Shown here: positions 1-10,068 of the stretch, one piece after another | Numbering within the stretch: position 1 is the stretch's first letter | Layout of the letters: each line of letters starts with the position of its first letter | DNA from: Candidatus Latescibacterota bacterium | GTDB lineage: Bacteria > Latescibacterota > UBA2968 > GCA-2709665 | Length of the DNA: 64,000 bases | Assembly: GCA_965237675.1 (NCBI GenBank) | Contig: OZ250150.1 | Location: forward strand, 3,296,001 to 3,360,000 | Direction: 5' to 3' | Notes under the pieces: model-generated | What the model was told of the DNA's origin: nothing | The model's input: the letters and a program-made list of their open reading frames with translations, nothing else | Databases searched by the model: none | Position numbers and translations under genes: made by a program

Positions 1-214
1 CCGGCTATTATAGCATGGTGGCACAGACACTGAATGCGTTTCAGGTCCCCATTCCCGATGGTTGCGTACCGACGCTTGTTGACTGCCCCACCTTCGAACC
101 TTAACGGCACGACGTGGGCAACGGCGGGCCCGGAACCGGATACCGATACATTCGATTCGATGCATACCGGGGTATTGCGCCACGCGTAAGCATCTGGAAA
201 TCTGCACCTTCCGT

Positions 215-1429
215 ATGGATTCAAAACGGCACATCAAAACCCCCAACCTCCGCCCGCGGCTTCGCGCAGCGGGGTTGGTGCTGCCGCTGATGGCTTTCAT
301 TGGTTTCACTTTCGCGGCGCCGCTTGCGACGATGCTGGTGCGGAGCGTCTACGACCCGGTTGTCGCGGACGCCTTGCCTCAGACCCTTGAGCTGTTGAGA
401 CAATGGGACGGGGAGGGCGTTCCCTCCGAAGCAGTCTACGAATCAACCGCGCGCGAACTTCTGAAAGCGCGGGAGAAACGGACCCTTGGGCAGATCGCCA
501 GCCGTGTCAACCGGATCCGCGGCGGGCTGCGCAGCGTGTTGATGCGTAGCGCCCGGCGCCTGCGCCGCATCGATGGCAGGCCCTGGCGGGACGCCATGAT
601 CGGCATTAACCCCGCCTGGGGCGACGCGAGGACCTGGCACGCCATCCGAAGCGCAGGGCAGCGATACACCGTACGGCACTATCTCAACGCCCTCGACCTG
701 CAGAGCCGTCACGACGGCGCCATCGCGCGCCAACCCGAAGAGCGCCGCATCTACATTCCCCTGCTGTGGCGGACCCTCTGGGTGAGCCTGAGCATCATGG
801 CTTTGTGTCTGCTGCTCGGCTATCCTATTGCCCACCTGATCGCGTACGCGCCCGCCCGTCTTGGCAACCTGCTCCTGATTCTTGTACTGGTCCCCTTCTG
901 GACGTCGCTGCTTGTGCGAACCATGTCCTGGATCGTGTTGCTGCAGACCCAGGGTGTCATCAACGATACACTTGTGGCTCTGGGTTTGATCGGGGACGAC
1001 GGCCGTTTGGCGATGATCTACAATATGACCGGCACATTGGTGGCGATGACCCATGTGCTGCTTCCCTTTATGATTCTGCCCCTCTACTCCGTCATGCGGT
1101 CCATCCCGCCGATCCAGATGAGCGCCGCAACGTCGTTGGGGGCAAGTCCCTTTCAGGCTTTCTGGCGGGTCTACTGGCCGCAGACCCTGTCCGGCGTGAG
1201 CGCCGGATCGCTGTTGGTATTCATCCTCGCCATCGGTTACTACATCACTCCTGCGCTGGTGGGAGGCAGCAGGGGTCAGCTCATTTCCAACATGATCGCC
1301 TATCACATGCAGACTTCGCTCAACTGGGGTCTCGCCGCGGCGCTCGGCGGCATCCTGCTTGCGTGCGTAGGCGTGCTATACATGCTTTACGACCGATTGG
1401 TGGGCATTGAGCGAATGAGGTTGGGCTGA
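215..1429 (+). CDS. Polyamine-type ABC transporter permease (PotB-like) with long N-terminal insertion
   Basis: Multiple TM helices, PFWTSLLVR motif, EAA-like loop (AATSLGA), GYYITPALVGG; adjacent to second permease, ATPase and SBPs. Confidence 0.88.
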   Translation: MDSKRHIKTPNLRPRLRAAGLVLPLMAFIGFTFAAPLATMLVRSVYDPVVADALPQTLELLRQWDGEGVPSEAVYESTARELLKAREKRTLGQIASRVNRIRGGLRSVLMRSARRLRRIDGRPWRDAMIGINPAWGDARTWHAIRSAGQRYTVRHYLNALDLQSRHDGAIARQPEERRIYIPLLWRTLWVSLSIMALCLLLGYPIAHLIAYAPARLGNLLLILVLVPFWTSLLVRTMSWIVLLQTQGVINDTLVALGLIGDDGRLAMIYNMTGTLVAMTHVLLPFMILPLYSVMRSIPPIQMSAATSLGASPFQAFWRVYWPQTLSGVSAGSLLVFILAIGYYITPALVGGSRGQLISNMIAYHMQTSLNWGLAAALGGILLACVGVLYMLYDRLVGIERMRLG

Positions 1430-1430
1430 G

Positions 1431-2255
1431 ATGGCGACCCCGGGAAGACAGGAACGCGTCGGCCGCTTTCTCTATCTGGCATTCTGTGCGCTCGTGTTCT
1501 CGTTCCTCGTTGCGCCGATCCTTGTCATCGTGCCGCTGAGCTTCAACGCCGAGCCCTACTTCACCTTTACAGAGGGCATGCTGCGTCTGGATGCGGAGGC
1601 GTATTCGTTGCGCTGGTACCGGCAGATTGTCGAAAACGAGGTATGGACACGCGCGCTCGTCAACAGCCTCATCATCGGTGTCGCGTCCACGGCGCTGGCG
1701 ACGGCGCTCGGCACGCTCGCCGCGATGGGACTTTGCAGCCCGGTCATGCCCGGGCGCCGCCTGGTGATGGGGTTGCTGATCTCGCCAATGGTGACTCCTG
1801 TGATAATCTCCGCGGCGGGCATGTTTTTCTTCTACTCGAACCTGGGCTTGGCCCAGACCCACGTCGGTCTGATCCTGGCGCACGCCGCGCTCGGCACGCC
1901 GTTTGTCGTGATTACGGTGACCGCCACGCTGTCCGCGTTCGATACGAACCTGACGCGCGCCGCCGCAAGTCTTGGCGCGGGGCCGCTGCGTGTCTTTCGA
2001 CGCGTACAACTACCGCTGATCGCGCCCGGCGTGATCTCGGGGGCGCTCTTCGCCTTTGCAACATCTTTCGATGAAGTGGTTGTGGTGCTTTTCATGGCTG
2101 CTATCGAACAACGCACGATTCCGCGCCAGATGTGGTCCGGCATCCGTGAGCAGATCAGCCCCACCATCCTTGCGGTGGCGACTTTCCTGATTGTCTTTGC
2201 CGTCCTGCTGCTTTTTGCCGTTGAATGGATGCGGAGGCGTTTCGCTTCGAGATAA
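1431..2255 (+). CDS. Polyamine-type ABC transporter permease (PotC-like)
   Basis: SLRWY, AAASLGA loop, SFDEVVV motifs; 1 nt after previous stop. Confidence 0.9.
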   Translation: MATPGRQERVGRFLYLAFCALVFSFLVAPILVIVPLSFNAEPYFTFTEGMLRLDAEAYSLRWYRQIVENEVWTRALVNSLIIGVASTALATALGTLAAMGLCSPVMPGRRLVMGLLISPMVTPVIISAAGMFFFYSNLGLAQTHVGLILAHAALGTPFVVITVTATLSAFDTNLTRAAASLGAGPLRVFRRVQLPLIAPGVISGALFAFATSFDEVVVVLFMAAIEQRTIPRQMWSGIREQISPTILAVATFLIVFAVLLLFAVEWMRRRFASR

Positions 2256-2346
2256 GCCGCCGGCGAAACCCGCAGGTCGCGGCATAAGTCTGCATTTACA
2301 CCAACAATAAACCGATCAACCGAACAGAGGATCCAAAGGCCGCCCA

Positions 2347-3456
2347 ATGCACGAAAACGACAACGCGTACGTCGAGTTCGAAGGGGTAAGCAAGAGTTTC
2401 GACGGCCGGAACCTGGTCGTCGACCACCTCGATCTCAGCGTCCGGAAAGGGGAGTTCCTGACCTTGCTCGGGCCGTCCGGATCGGGCAAGACCACCTGCC
2501 TGATGATGCTCGCCGGATTCGAAACGCCCTCCTCGGGCGCGATCCGTATCGACGGTCGTTCCGTACATGCGCTGCCGCCACGCAAGCGCGGCATTGGCAT
2601 GGTCTTTCAGAATTACGCGCTTTTCCCCCACATGACGGTTGGCCGCAACCTTGCCTTTCCACTGGAGGTGCGCGGGATGGACCCGAAGCAATGCAGGGAA
2701 CGCGTGGCACGAGCGCTGCACCTGGTGCGGCTCGACGGCCTCGAGGAACGGCGGCCCGCCCAACTCTCCGGGGGCCAGCAGCAGCGCGTGGCGATCGCGC
2801 GCGCGCTGGTCTTCGAGCCCGATCTGGTGCTGATGGACGAGCCGCTCGGCGCGCTTGACCGGCGCCTCAGGGAGGAAATGCAGTACGAAATCCGGCGTAT
2901 TCACAAGAGCCTGGGCGTCACCGTGGTGTACGTAACGCACGATCAGGAAGAGGCGATGGTCATGTCGGACCGGATCGCCGTGCTTCGGGGCGGAGACATC
3001 GAACAGGTGGCCGAACCCGAGGTCCTCTACGAAGAGCCGGAGCGCTCGTTCGTCGCCCGCTTCATCGGCGAAAACAATCGCCTGCACGGCCGTGTGGCGA
3101 AAGTGGACGGGGACATCTGCGAGGTCGAGACGGGCGGTCAGGTCATCAGTGCCCTTCGCGTTGCGCCGTGCGGTTCGGGCGACGCCACGACGCTTTCGAT
3201 CCGACCGGAGCGGGTCGCGATCTCGCCTGAGCCCGGCCTTTACACGAACGAACTCGACGCGATAATTGAGGATATCACTTTTCTGGGCGACCATCTGCGG
3301 GTTCGCGTTAGCGTCTGCGGCCGTTCGGATTTTATCGCGAAAATACCAAATATCGTGGGGCACGGCGCGATGCTGGCGGGTGACCAGGTTCGGATCGGAT
3401 GGACGCCCACGGACTGCCGCTTGCTGGACCCGGATGACGAGGCAGAGACGATATGA
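2347..3456 (+). CDS. ABC transporter ATP-binding protein (PotA-like, C-terminal TOBE)
   Basis: Walker A GPSGSGKT, signature LSGGQQQR, Walker [17 protein letters not shown]. Confidence 0.93.
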   Translation: MHENDNAYVEFEGVSKSFDGRNLVVDHLDLSVRKGEFLTLLGPSGSGKTTCLMMLAGFETPSSGAIRIDGRSVHALPPRKRGIGMVFQNYALFPHMTVGRNLAFPLEVRGMDPKQCRERVARALHLVRLDGLEERRPAQLSGGQQQRVAIARALVFEPDLVLMDEPLGALDRRLREEMQYEIRRIHKSLGVTVVYVTHDQEEAMVMSDRIAVLRGGDIEQVAEPEVLYEEPERSFVARFIGENNRLHGRVAKVDGDICEVETGGQVISALRVAPCGSGDATTLSIRPERVAISPEPGLYTNELDAIIEDITFLGDHLRVRVSVCGRSDFIAKIPNIVGHGAMLAGDQVRIGWTPTDCRLLDPDDEAETI

Positions 3457-4553
3457 AAGACGTTGGGAGGAACGTCGTCCGTATCGCGAGGCTGGTGGGA
3501 CTGTCCATGCTGATCGCGGGCGCCGCCGTTGCCCGTGACCGTCCGCTGACCGTGGTTTCGTGGGGCGGGTCCTGCGCCCGCGCGTGCGTTAAGGGATACC
3601 ACGAGCGGTTTACCGCCGATACGGGCATTGCGATCAACCTGGAAGACTTTAACGGCGGCCTGGCGCAGGTCCGTGCGCAGGTGGACGTGGGAAACGTATA
3701 CTGGGACGTGGTGGACCTGGAGATTGCCGACCTGGTGCGCGGCTGCGACGAGGGCCTGCTGGAGCCCATTTCGGTGGGATCACTACTCGCCGGGGCAGAC
3801 GGAACGCCCGCTGCGGAAGACTTCCTCCCCGGTACGGTAACGGAATGCGGCGCGACGACACTGTTCAGTTCCACCATATTCGCCTACAACAGGCAGCATA
3901 TTCCCGGCGAGAAACCCGCCACCATCGTCGACTTCTTCGATCTACAGCAATTTCCGGGACGCCGTGGCATGCGGCGTTCGCCCCTCGTGAACCTTGAGTT
4001 CGCCCTGATGGCAGACGGCGTGCCCATTGACTCGGTCTACGCCACGCTCGATACGCCGGAAGGTGTGGACCGCGCCTTCCGCAAGCTGGACACCATCAAG
4101 GAACACATCGTATGGTGGGAGGCCGGGGCGCAGCCGCCGCAGATGCTGGCCGACGGAGAGGTCGTGATGACAACGGCCTACAATGGACGTATCTTCAATG
4201 CCCAGGTGTTGGAGAATCAGCCCTTCGTCATCGTGTGGGACGGCCAGTTCTTCAGCACGAGCGGGCTCGCGGTTGTCGCGGGAACCCCCAATCTCGATGC
4301 CGCAATGAAGTTTGTGAATTTCGCCGCCCGCGCGGAGTCCATGGCCGGCGTGGGCCGATATATCGCCTACAGCCCGGCGCGCCGTTCCGCGATGCCGCTG
4401 ATTTCAACGCATGCTGAAAAGGGCGTGGATATGAACCCTCACATGCCCACCAGCCCACAGAATATGAAGCGCGCGCTGCGCAGCAACTGGGAATGGTGGA
4501 GCGATCACCTGGACGAAATGAATGAACGCTTCAGCGCCTGGCTGGCGCGCTGA
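3453..4553 (+). CDS. ABC substrate-binding protein (PotD/PotF-like), copy 1
   Basis: Signal peptide, LTVVSWGG, DFFD..FPGRRG, YNGR motifs; ATGA overlap with ATPase stop. Confidence 0.88.
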   Translation: MKDVGRNVVRIARLVGLSMLIAGAAVARDRPLTVVSWGGSCARACVKGYHERFTADTGIAINLEDFNGGLAQVRAQVDVGNVYWDVVDLEIADLVRGCDEGLLEPISVGSLLAGADGTPAAEDFLPGTVTECGATTLFSSTIFAYNRQHIPGEKPATIVDFFDLQQFPGRRGMRRSPLVNLEFALMADGVPIDSVYATLDTPEGVDRAFRKLDTIKEHIVWWEAGAQPPQMLADGEVVMTTAYNGRIFNAQVLENQPFVIVWDGQFFSTSGLAVVAGTPNLDAAMKFVNFAARAESMAGVGRYIAYSPARRSAMPLISTHAEKGVDMNPHMPTSPQNMKRALRSNWEWWSDHLDEMNERFSAWLAR

Positions 4554-4615
4554 CGGAAGCTTGTGGCTCTTGAGAGATAGCCCTGTGCGGAACCGGATGA
4601 CGAGGAGGAAACAAC

Positions 4616-5716
4616 ATGAAGGACTTTCGTAGGAGGTTCGTTCGCATCACGTCGTTGGTGGGACTGTCCGTGCTGATCGCGGGCGCCGCCGTTGCCGGCG
4701 ACCGGCCGTTGACGGTGGTTTCATGGGGCGGGTCCTACGCGCGTGCGTGCGTCAAGGGTTACCACGAGCGTTTCACCGCCGAAACGGGCATCGCCATCAA
4801 CCTCGAAGACTACAATGGCGGTCTGGCGCAGATTCGCGCGCAGGTGGACGTGGGCAACGTTTATTGGGACGTGGTCGACCTGGAGATCCCCGACATGGTG
4901 CGCGGTTGCGACGAGGGTCTGCTGGAACCCATCGCGGTGGATTCGCTGCCGGCAGGAGCCGACGGAACCCCGGCGGCAGAGGATTTTGTCTCCGGAACGG
5001 TGACGGACTGTGGACCGGCCACGATATTCTACTCCACCGTCTACGCGTACAACAAGAAGCATATCCAGGGCGAAGAACCCGCCACCATCGCCGACTTCTT
5101 CGATATGAAAAAATTCCCTGGGCGACGGGGCATGCGGCGTTCGCCGCTGGTGAACCTGGAGTTCGCCCTGCTCGCCGACGGCGTGCCGATCGATTCCGTT
5201 TACGCCATCCTTGGCACACCTGACGGCGTGGACCGCGCCTTCCGCAAGCTGGATACCATCAAGGGCCACATTGTGTGGTGGGAGGCCGGGGCGCAGCCGC
5301 CGCAGATGCTGGCGGACGGCGAGGTGGTGATGAGCACGGCCTACAACGGGCGCATCTTCAACGCGCAGGTGCTGGAAAACCAGCCCTTTGTGGTGGTGTG
5401 GGACGGCCAGATTCTGGACACGAGCGGGCTGGGCGTTGTCGCGGGCACCCCCAATCTCGAGGCCGCTCTGAAGTTCGTCAAGTTCGCCGCGACCGCGCAG
5501 GCCATGGCCGGCGTGGCGCGGCACATCTCCTACAGCCCGACCCGACACTCCGGGATGCCGCTGATTTCTACGCACGCCGAGAAGGGCGTGGATATGAATC
5601 CGCACATGCCCATCAGCCCGCAGAACGCGAAGCGCGCCCTTCGCAACAACTGGGAATGGTGGAGCGACCACCTGGACGAAATGAACGAGCGCTTCAGCGC
5701 CTGGCTGGCGCGCTGA
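4616..5716 (+). CDS. ABC substrate-binding protein (PotD/PotF-like), copy 2
   Basis: Same length (366 aa) and colinear with copy 1; GAGGAGG RBS. Confidence 0.88.
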   Translation: MKDFRRRFVRITSLVGLSVLIAGAAVAGDRPLTVVSWGGSYARACVKGYHERFTAETGIAINLEDYNGGLAQIRAQVDVGNVYWDVVDLEIPDMVRGCDEGLLEPIAVDSLPAGADGTPAAEDFVSGTVTDCGPATIFYSTVYAYNKKHIQGEEPATIADFFDMKKFPGRRGMRRSPLVNLEFALLADGVPIDSVYAILGTPDGVDRAFRKLDTIKGHIVWWEAGAQPPQMLADGEVVMSTAYNGRIFNAQVLENQPFVVVWDGQILDTSGLGVVAGTPNLEAALKFVKFAATAQAMAGVARHISYSPTRHSGMPLISTHAEKGVDMNPHMPISPQNAKRALRNNWEWWSDHLDEMNERFSAWLAR

Positions 5717-5787
5717 AATGGCACGATGTTTGCAGAGACCTTTTCGGCGACATTAAACATGGTGCTGGACTAGCCGAAAGGAGATAC

Positions 5788-6177
5788 ATGATGGGCGCGA
5801 CCTATGTAGACGTAACTATCCGAAATCCGGCCGATCTGCAGCGAAGCTGGACCGGCGCATTCCTGGTGGACACCGGCGCGTTTGACTCGCTCGTACCCAG
5901 GGCTCGGTTGGAAGCCATCGGACTTAAGCCGAAAGGCCGCCGCGAGTACACCCTCGCAGATGGGACCATGATCAACCTGGAGATCACGACGGCCGACCTG
6001 GAATTCGAGGGAGAGGTCGTGGGCGGCACAATCGTAGTTGGCGAGGATGGCGCCGAACCGCTGCTTGGCGTAACGGCACTCGAGTCAGGTGGATTCGAGG
6101 TGGATCCGCGCAACCAGGAATTGAAACGGTTACCTGCGATTTTGTTGAAGTCTTTTGGCACCCGACAAAAGTTGTGA
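5788..6177 (+). CDS. Clan AA (retropepsin-like) aspartic protease, AF_0612-like
   Basis: FLVDTGA catalytic motif, TLADG, EPLLGVTALE; AGGAGA RBS before ATG ATG at 5788/5791. Confidence 0.82.
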   Translation: MMGATYVDVTIRNPADLQRSWTGAFLVDTGAFDSLVPRARLEAIGLKPKGRREYTLADGTMINLEITTADLEFEGEVVGGTIVVGEDGAEPLLGVTALESGGFEVDPRNQELKRLPAILLKSFGTRQKL

Positions 6178-6187
6178 GGAGACATCA

Positions 6188-6934
6188 ATGAGCCAGTCGC
6201 AATCAGCATTAGCGCGACATTCAAGGATAATGGTTCTCTTTTCTTTATTCGCGGCAATCTTGCTGATTGTCGCCTGTGATCGCGCTGGAGAGAATGGAAG
6301 CGGTCGTTCCAGGTCTTCTGAAGTAAGAACAGACACCGTTATCGTTCGAGACACCGTCGTAGTGGTCGACACCACGATCGTAGAAAAAGAGATCGTAAAG
6401 CGTGTTAGATCGGTCGATACATTATTGGTGGAAAAGGAGGTAGTAAGAAAAATCGAAGTGCCTGCGAAGGTTCCCGAGCATTATGTAAGAGCGTGGGAAA
6501 TTCAGATTGCCAAGTTGAGTGCAGCATTTGCTGACGAGAAAATGTGCTTCTCAGGGCTCAGCAGCCTGGCAGTCGACGTCGACATAAACGAACCGGCGAA
6601 GGAAATACTTTCGAAACAACGAGTTAAGGACAAGTTTGAGTTAACGCTCAGACGACACGGTGTGCCGTTGACCGATTTTTCCAATCCCTATCTCATTGTT
6701 GACGTTGACGCATTATGGAACGATTTCAATACGATTGTTACTTTCCATTTCCAAGTTACGCTCGCAGAGAGTTTAATTTTTTATAGAAACGATATGCCCT
6801 TCCAGCGCGTTGCGGGGCTGTGGGAGACGGGCGTATTTGGACGTGTTGGAAAGGACCTAGCGAGAGAGTCGTTTCTTAACGAAATCGAGGAGAAAGCAGA
6901 GCGAGTAGCGAATTTATACCTGTCAGCAAATTAG
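6188..6934 (+). CDS. Hypothetical lipoprotein with Val-rich repeat stalk
   Basis: GAGGAG RBS; hydrophobic stretch ending LLIVAC (lipobox); DTVIV/DTVVV/DTTIV/DTLLV repeats. Confidence 0.65.
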   Translation: MSQSQSALARHSRIMVLFSLFAAILLIVACDRAGENGSGRSRSSEVRTDTVIVRDTVVVVDTTIVEKEIVKRVRSVDTLLVEKEVVRKIEVPAKVPEHYVRAWEIQIAKLSAAFADEKMCFSGLSSLAVDVDINEPAKEILSKQRVKDKFELTLRRHGVPLTDFSNPYLIVDVDALWNDFNTIVTFHFQVTLAESLIFYRNDMPFQRVAGLWETGVFGRVGKDLARESFLNEIEEKAERVANLYLSAN

Positions 6935-6991
6935 ATTTGTCTGTTCAAACGTTTTCTTCGCATACGGATAATAAACAATGGACTGGCAATT

Positions 6992-8455
6992 ATGACAACA
7001 ACGGATATTGAGATTGTTTACGTCTGCCATTGCTGCATTTGTGACCGGTCTTTGTCAGGAATAGTGCGTGCGGAGGGTACCCGCGTTGAATGCAGCTATT
7101 GTGGCAGAGTTAGCAAAGCCTTTCCACTGCACGATGTAGCGGAACGCATCCACGAGGTCCTACAAGCGCGATTTGAATTCACCCAGAGCGAACCTCAGGA
7201 CCACGAACGCTTCTTTTCAAAGGAGGGATTGTGGATCCGGTCTGGTGACCCCGTGGAGGATGTCATTATCGAAATAGCCGGTGTAAACACAGAAATCGCC
7301 ACTGATATGAGAGAACTACTATCGGACCTGTACCGCTACCGGGCCGTTAAGGATGGGGAGGAAAATCCTTACGATACCGATGCTTGCTACGAAGAGCGCG
7401 AAGTGGACGACTTGGACTTTCGCGAGTCCTGGAATACGTTTCGCGAAGAGGTACGATTTCGCGTACGGTTCTTTAGCACGTATGCTGAAGAGACGCTGAC
7501 GCATATCTTCGGCGATTTGGACACACACAAGGCGTTCAGCAATCGATCAGTGGTCCGAGAAGTTAGTCAAGACGAACGAGATTTTCATATCTGGCGCGGC
7601 CGCACGGCTCAGTCGCTTAAGGAACTTAAGGCCATCTTGACTGCGCCGTCTTGCGAAATTGGTCCACCACCATCCCGTCGCGCCAACGGTAGGCGGATGA
7701 ATGTGTCGGGCATTCCGGTCTTATATGGTGCATTGGAGCAGGACACCTGCGTAGCCGAACTCCGCGCACCCGTGGGCAGCCACGTTGTATTGGGCAGATT
7801 TGTACTGCTGCGTTCCATAAGGCTGTTGGACTTTAACGCGTTGATGGAAATCTACGTCGACACCAGCCACTTCGACCCGGACTACGACATACTTCACGCG
7901 CGAGCGACGTTTCTTAGATCGCTGGTCAGCGAGATATGCAGACCGGTGATGCCGCAGGACGAAGCTTTCGAATACCTCCCCTCCCAGGTCGTGGCCGAAT
8001 ACCTTGCCAACAAGCTTAATAAGCGATTGGACGGAATCATATTCCCTTCATCGCAGACCGAGGACGGTCAAAACGTCGTTCTCTTTAATCACGCATGTGG
8101 AGTGGCGACCGACGACCTGTCTGAGGGAACCGAAGTCATCGTTTATATTTCCCAAAGACAGCATAAGGATTGTGACGACGGCGAAGATGATGACAGCTAT
8201 ATACAGGTAATTGAGAATGACTCGCGAACTTGCGCACCGTCTCCTAATAACGAGAGCGCCTCGCGTTTGGATATTTTAACTTCACCACCGGATTTAACAG
8301 AAAATCATAACGATGACGAGGAACGACCGATGTGGAGTAAGCCGACGTTACGCCTAGACTTAGATTCCGTCTTGGTATCTGAAATTAAATCTGTTAGTTA
8401 TGGGCAGCGCCGACACGAGGTATTCCGCTACCGCCGGCTCAAGGACGAGACCTGA
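6992..8455 (+). CDS. RES-domain protein with Cys-rich N-terminal domain (HEPN/RES-NTD-like)
   Basis: RMNVSGIPVLYGA (R), VAELRAP (E), DGIIFPSS (S), EYLPSQVVAEYL; N-terminal CHCC...CSYC. Confidence 0.8.
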   Translation: MTTTDIEIVYVCHCCICDRSLSGIVRAEGTRVECSYCGRVSKAFPLHDVAERIHEVLQARFEFTQSEPQDHERFFSKEGLWIRSGDPVEDVIIEIAGVNTEIATDMRELLSDLYRYRAVKDGEENPYDTDACYEEREVDDLDFRESWNTFREEVRFRVRFFSTYAEETLTHIFGDLDTHKAFSNRSVVREVSQDERDFHIWRGRTAQSLKELKAILTAPSCEIGPPPSRRANGRRMNVSGIPVLYGALEQDTCVAELRAPVGSHVVLGRFVLLRSIRLLDFNALMEIYVDTSHFDPDYDILHARATFLRSLVSEICRPVMPQDEAFEYLPSQVVAEYLANKLNKRLDGIIFPSSQTEDGQNVVLFNHACGVATDDLSEGTEVIVYISQRQHKDCDDGEDDDSYIQVIENDSRTCAPSPNNESASRLDILTSPPDLTENHNDDEERPMWSKPTLRLDLDSVLVSEIKSVSYGQRRHEVFRYRRLKDET

Positions 8456-8632
8456 TCCCCACGTTTTCAATCGGTTTGACATACGGCAACTGTGCTGCTG
8501 TCCGGAAATCAAGGCAGACTCGAAATACCGGCCTCGGTGTTCACCTTTAGACAGAAGACCCTGAAAGACACCGGATATTACGGGGAACGGCTGATAGTTT
8601 GCATCATACTTCTCTTGTAGCAGGGGAAAAAA

Positions 8633-8739
8633 TTCCACATTGTCAACGCTGCGCTGCGGTCGGACATCGAAACCGTGTGCCGGAACCGCAGATATGAACC
8701 ACCGAAGATCTGTACCCGCAAGAACTGATGGAGGCCTAA
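8633..8739 (+). pseudogene. 3' remnant of PIN-domain (VapC-like) toxin, frameshifted
   Basis: Reads FHIVNAALRSDIETVCRNRRYEPPKICT, then after a frameshift QELMEA-stop; resembles the HIANA..IE..CR..GYEPP.ICTP.EL C-terminus of a common PIN family; in-frame TAG at 8618-8620, no start codon. Confidence 0.6.
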
Positions 8740-8741
8740 AG

Positions 8742-8951
8742 ATGCGCGATCCGATTGTTAGAGAGACTCGGAAACTTCGAGAGGAATATGCAGCGCAATT
8801 CATCCATGATGTGAATGCCGTATTCGACGACATTCTCAAGCGCCAGAGCCTTCGTGGCAGGAAGTTAGTGACCTTTTCGTCTCGTGAGCCGAAGCATAGA
8901 CCAACCTTTGGTGTAAAATCCGTAATCGGACGTGCGCCTGATTCCGTTTAG
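8742..8951 (+). CDS. Small protein of the M.DPIV.E.R..R family (putative antitoxin partner of PIN toxins)
   Basis: GGAGG RBS; MRDPIVRETRKLREEYAAQF pattern; 2 nt after the PIN remnant stop. Confidence 0.65.
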   Translation: MRDPIVRETRKLREEYAAQFIHDVNAVFDDILKRQSLRGRKLVTFSSREPKHRPTFGVKSVIGRAPDSV

Positions 8952-9009
8952 TAATTCCACATAAATCAATAAATTGTTTATAATCAGTAAAATATAAGGA
9001 TAATGTAAC

Positions 9010-10068
9010 TTGGGAAGATGCTTTATTTTAGGTGCGGGTTTTTCGAAGGCGGTTTCAAATCTGCCAGTAATGAGAGATTTGACAAAGACGTTTTGGGATA
9101 TTCGGAGCCGAGAAGCACTGCTTGGACGCTGTAATCGTGTGCGCTGGGGAGATAGAATCCAGGACTATCTTCGACATCTTGAGACTGAATTCTTCGAAAA
9201 ACCGTGTATCGATACCGAAAATGGAGAGACATATACAGAATGTAATTTTCAAGAGAACTTGGAAGCGTTAGTCTCTTTCATCGATCTCAATGCTTCTGGA
9301 GAGATAAAGGCGACCGTAACCGACAAAAACGGAAGGGCATCGAGCTACTCCAAGAGTTCTCTATTCTGGAATCTCACTGATCTCGATGAATTACGCACCT
9401 GCATCGAAACCTACATTTATCTCGCACTGATCAGACCTGAAATCAAGAGGGGTGTATTGGACCGCTTTCTGAGAAAATTTGAAAGTGATGACGAAGTAAT
9501 CACTTTCAATTATGACCTGATTGTAGAGAAAGCTTTGTTTGAATTGGGGATTTGGAAGCCACGGGATGGATATGGAATCGTCTTTGACGATCTTCCTATT
9601 ATTGTAAAATCACATGTAATTGAATCACGAGTAAAGATTCATAAGTTACATGGTTCATTGAACTGGAATTCAGATTTTTCGTTAAGGTTTTTCTACGACG
9701 ATAACGAGCCAATTTTCCCTGGCTATCTTAGAGATGGATCAAATCGCCATCAGTACCAAGGCAAGCATTCAGGAAACTGGATGTTACCTTCATTTATTAA
9801 ACAATTCACTGTTCCCGAGTTGATTGGTTGTTGGGATCGAGCCTTCAGAGCAATGAAAGACGCGGATGAAATAGTAATCATAGGATATAGCTTGCCGAAG
9901 GAGGATTCTGCTGCGTGCCTGCTTCTGGGTACAACTGCATTATCAGAAAAGCGACTGACCCTTGTTGATCCAAATGCAGATAAGTTGCACTGTAAATTTC
10001 GAATGATTACTTCCAACAAGCATATTGAGAAGTTTTACGGAATCGAAGATTTCGTCAATGCCTCTTGA
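9010..10068 (+). CDS. SIR2-like (SIR2_2) family protein, probable NADase
   Basis: ILGAGFS, ITFNYD, KLHGSLNW, IIGYSLP motifs; visibly AT-rich relative to flanks; TTG start. Confidence 0.85.
   Translation: MGRCFILGAGFSKAVSNLPVMRDLTKTFWDIRSREALLGRCNRVRWGDRIQDYLRHLETEFFEKPCIDTENGETYTECNFQENLEALVSFIDLNASGEIKATVTDKNGRASSYSKSSLFWNLTDLDELRTCIETYIYLALIRPEIKRGVLDRFLRKFESDDEVITFNYDLIVEKALFELGIWKPRDGYGIVFDDLPIIVKSHVIESRVKIHKLHGSLNWNSDFSLRFFYDDNEPIFPGYLRDGSNRHQYQGKHSGNWMLPSFIKQFTVPELIGCWDRAFRAMKDADEIVIIGYSLPKEDSAACLLLGTTALSEKRLTLVDPNADKLHCKFRMITSNKHIEKFYGIEDFVNAS

Noticed and set aside
5275-5787. N-terminal 171 aa of the 300-aa ORF, suggesting a fusion to the protease
   Set aside because: Off-frame overlap with SBP copy 2; the protease has its own RBS and ATG at 5788/5791
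8360-8839. 159-aa minus-strand ORF
   Set aside because: Overlaps the RES gene and the small partner gene; the + strand PIN remnant explains the region better
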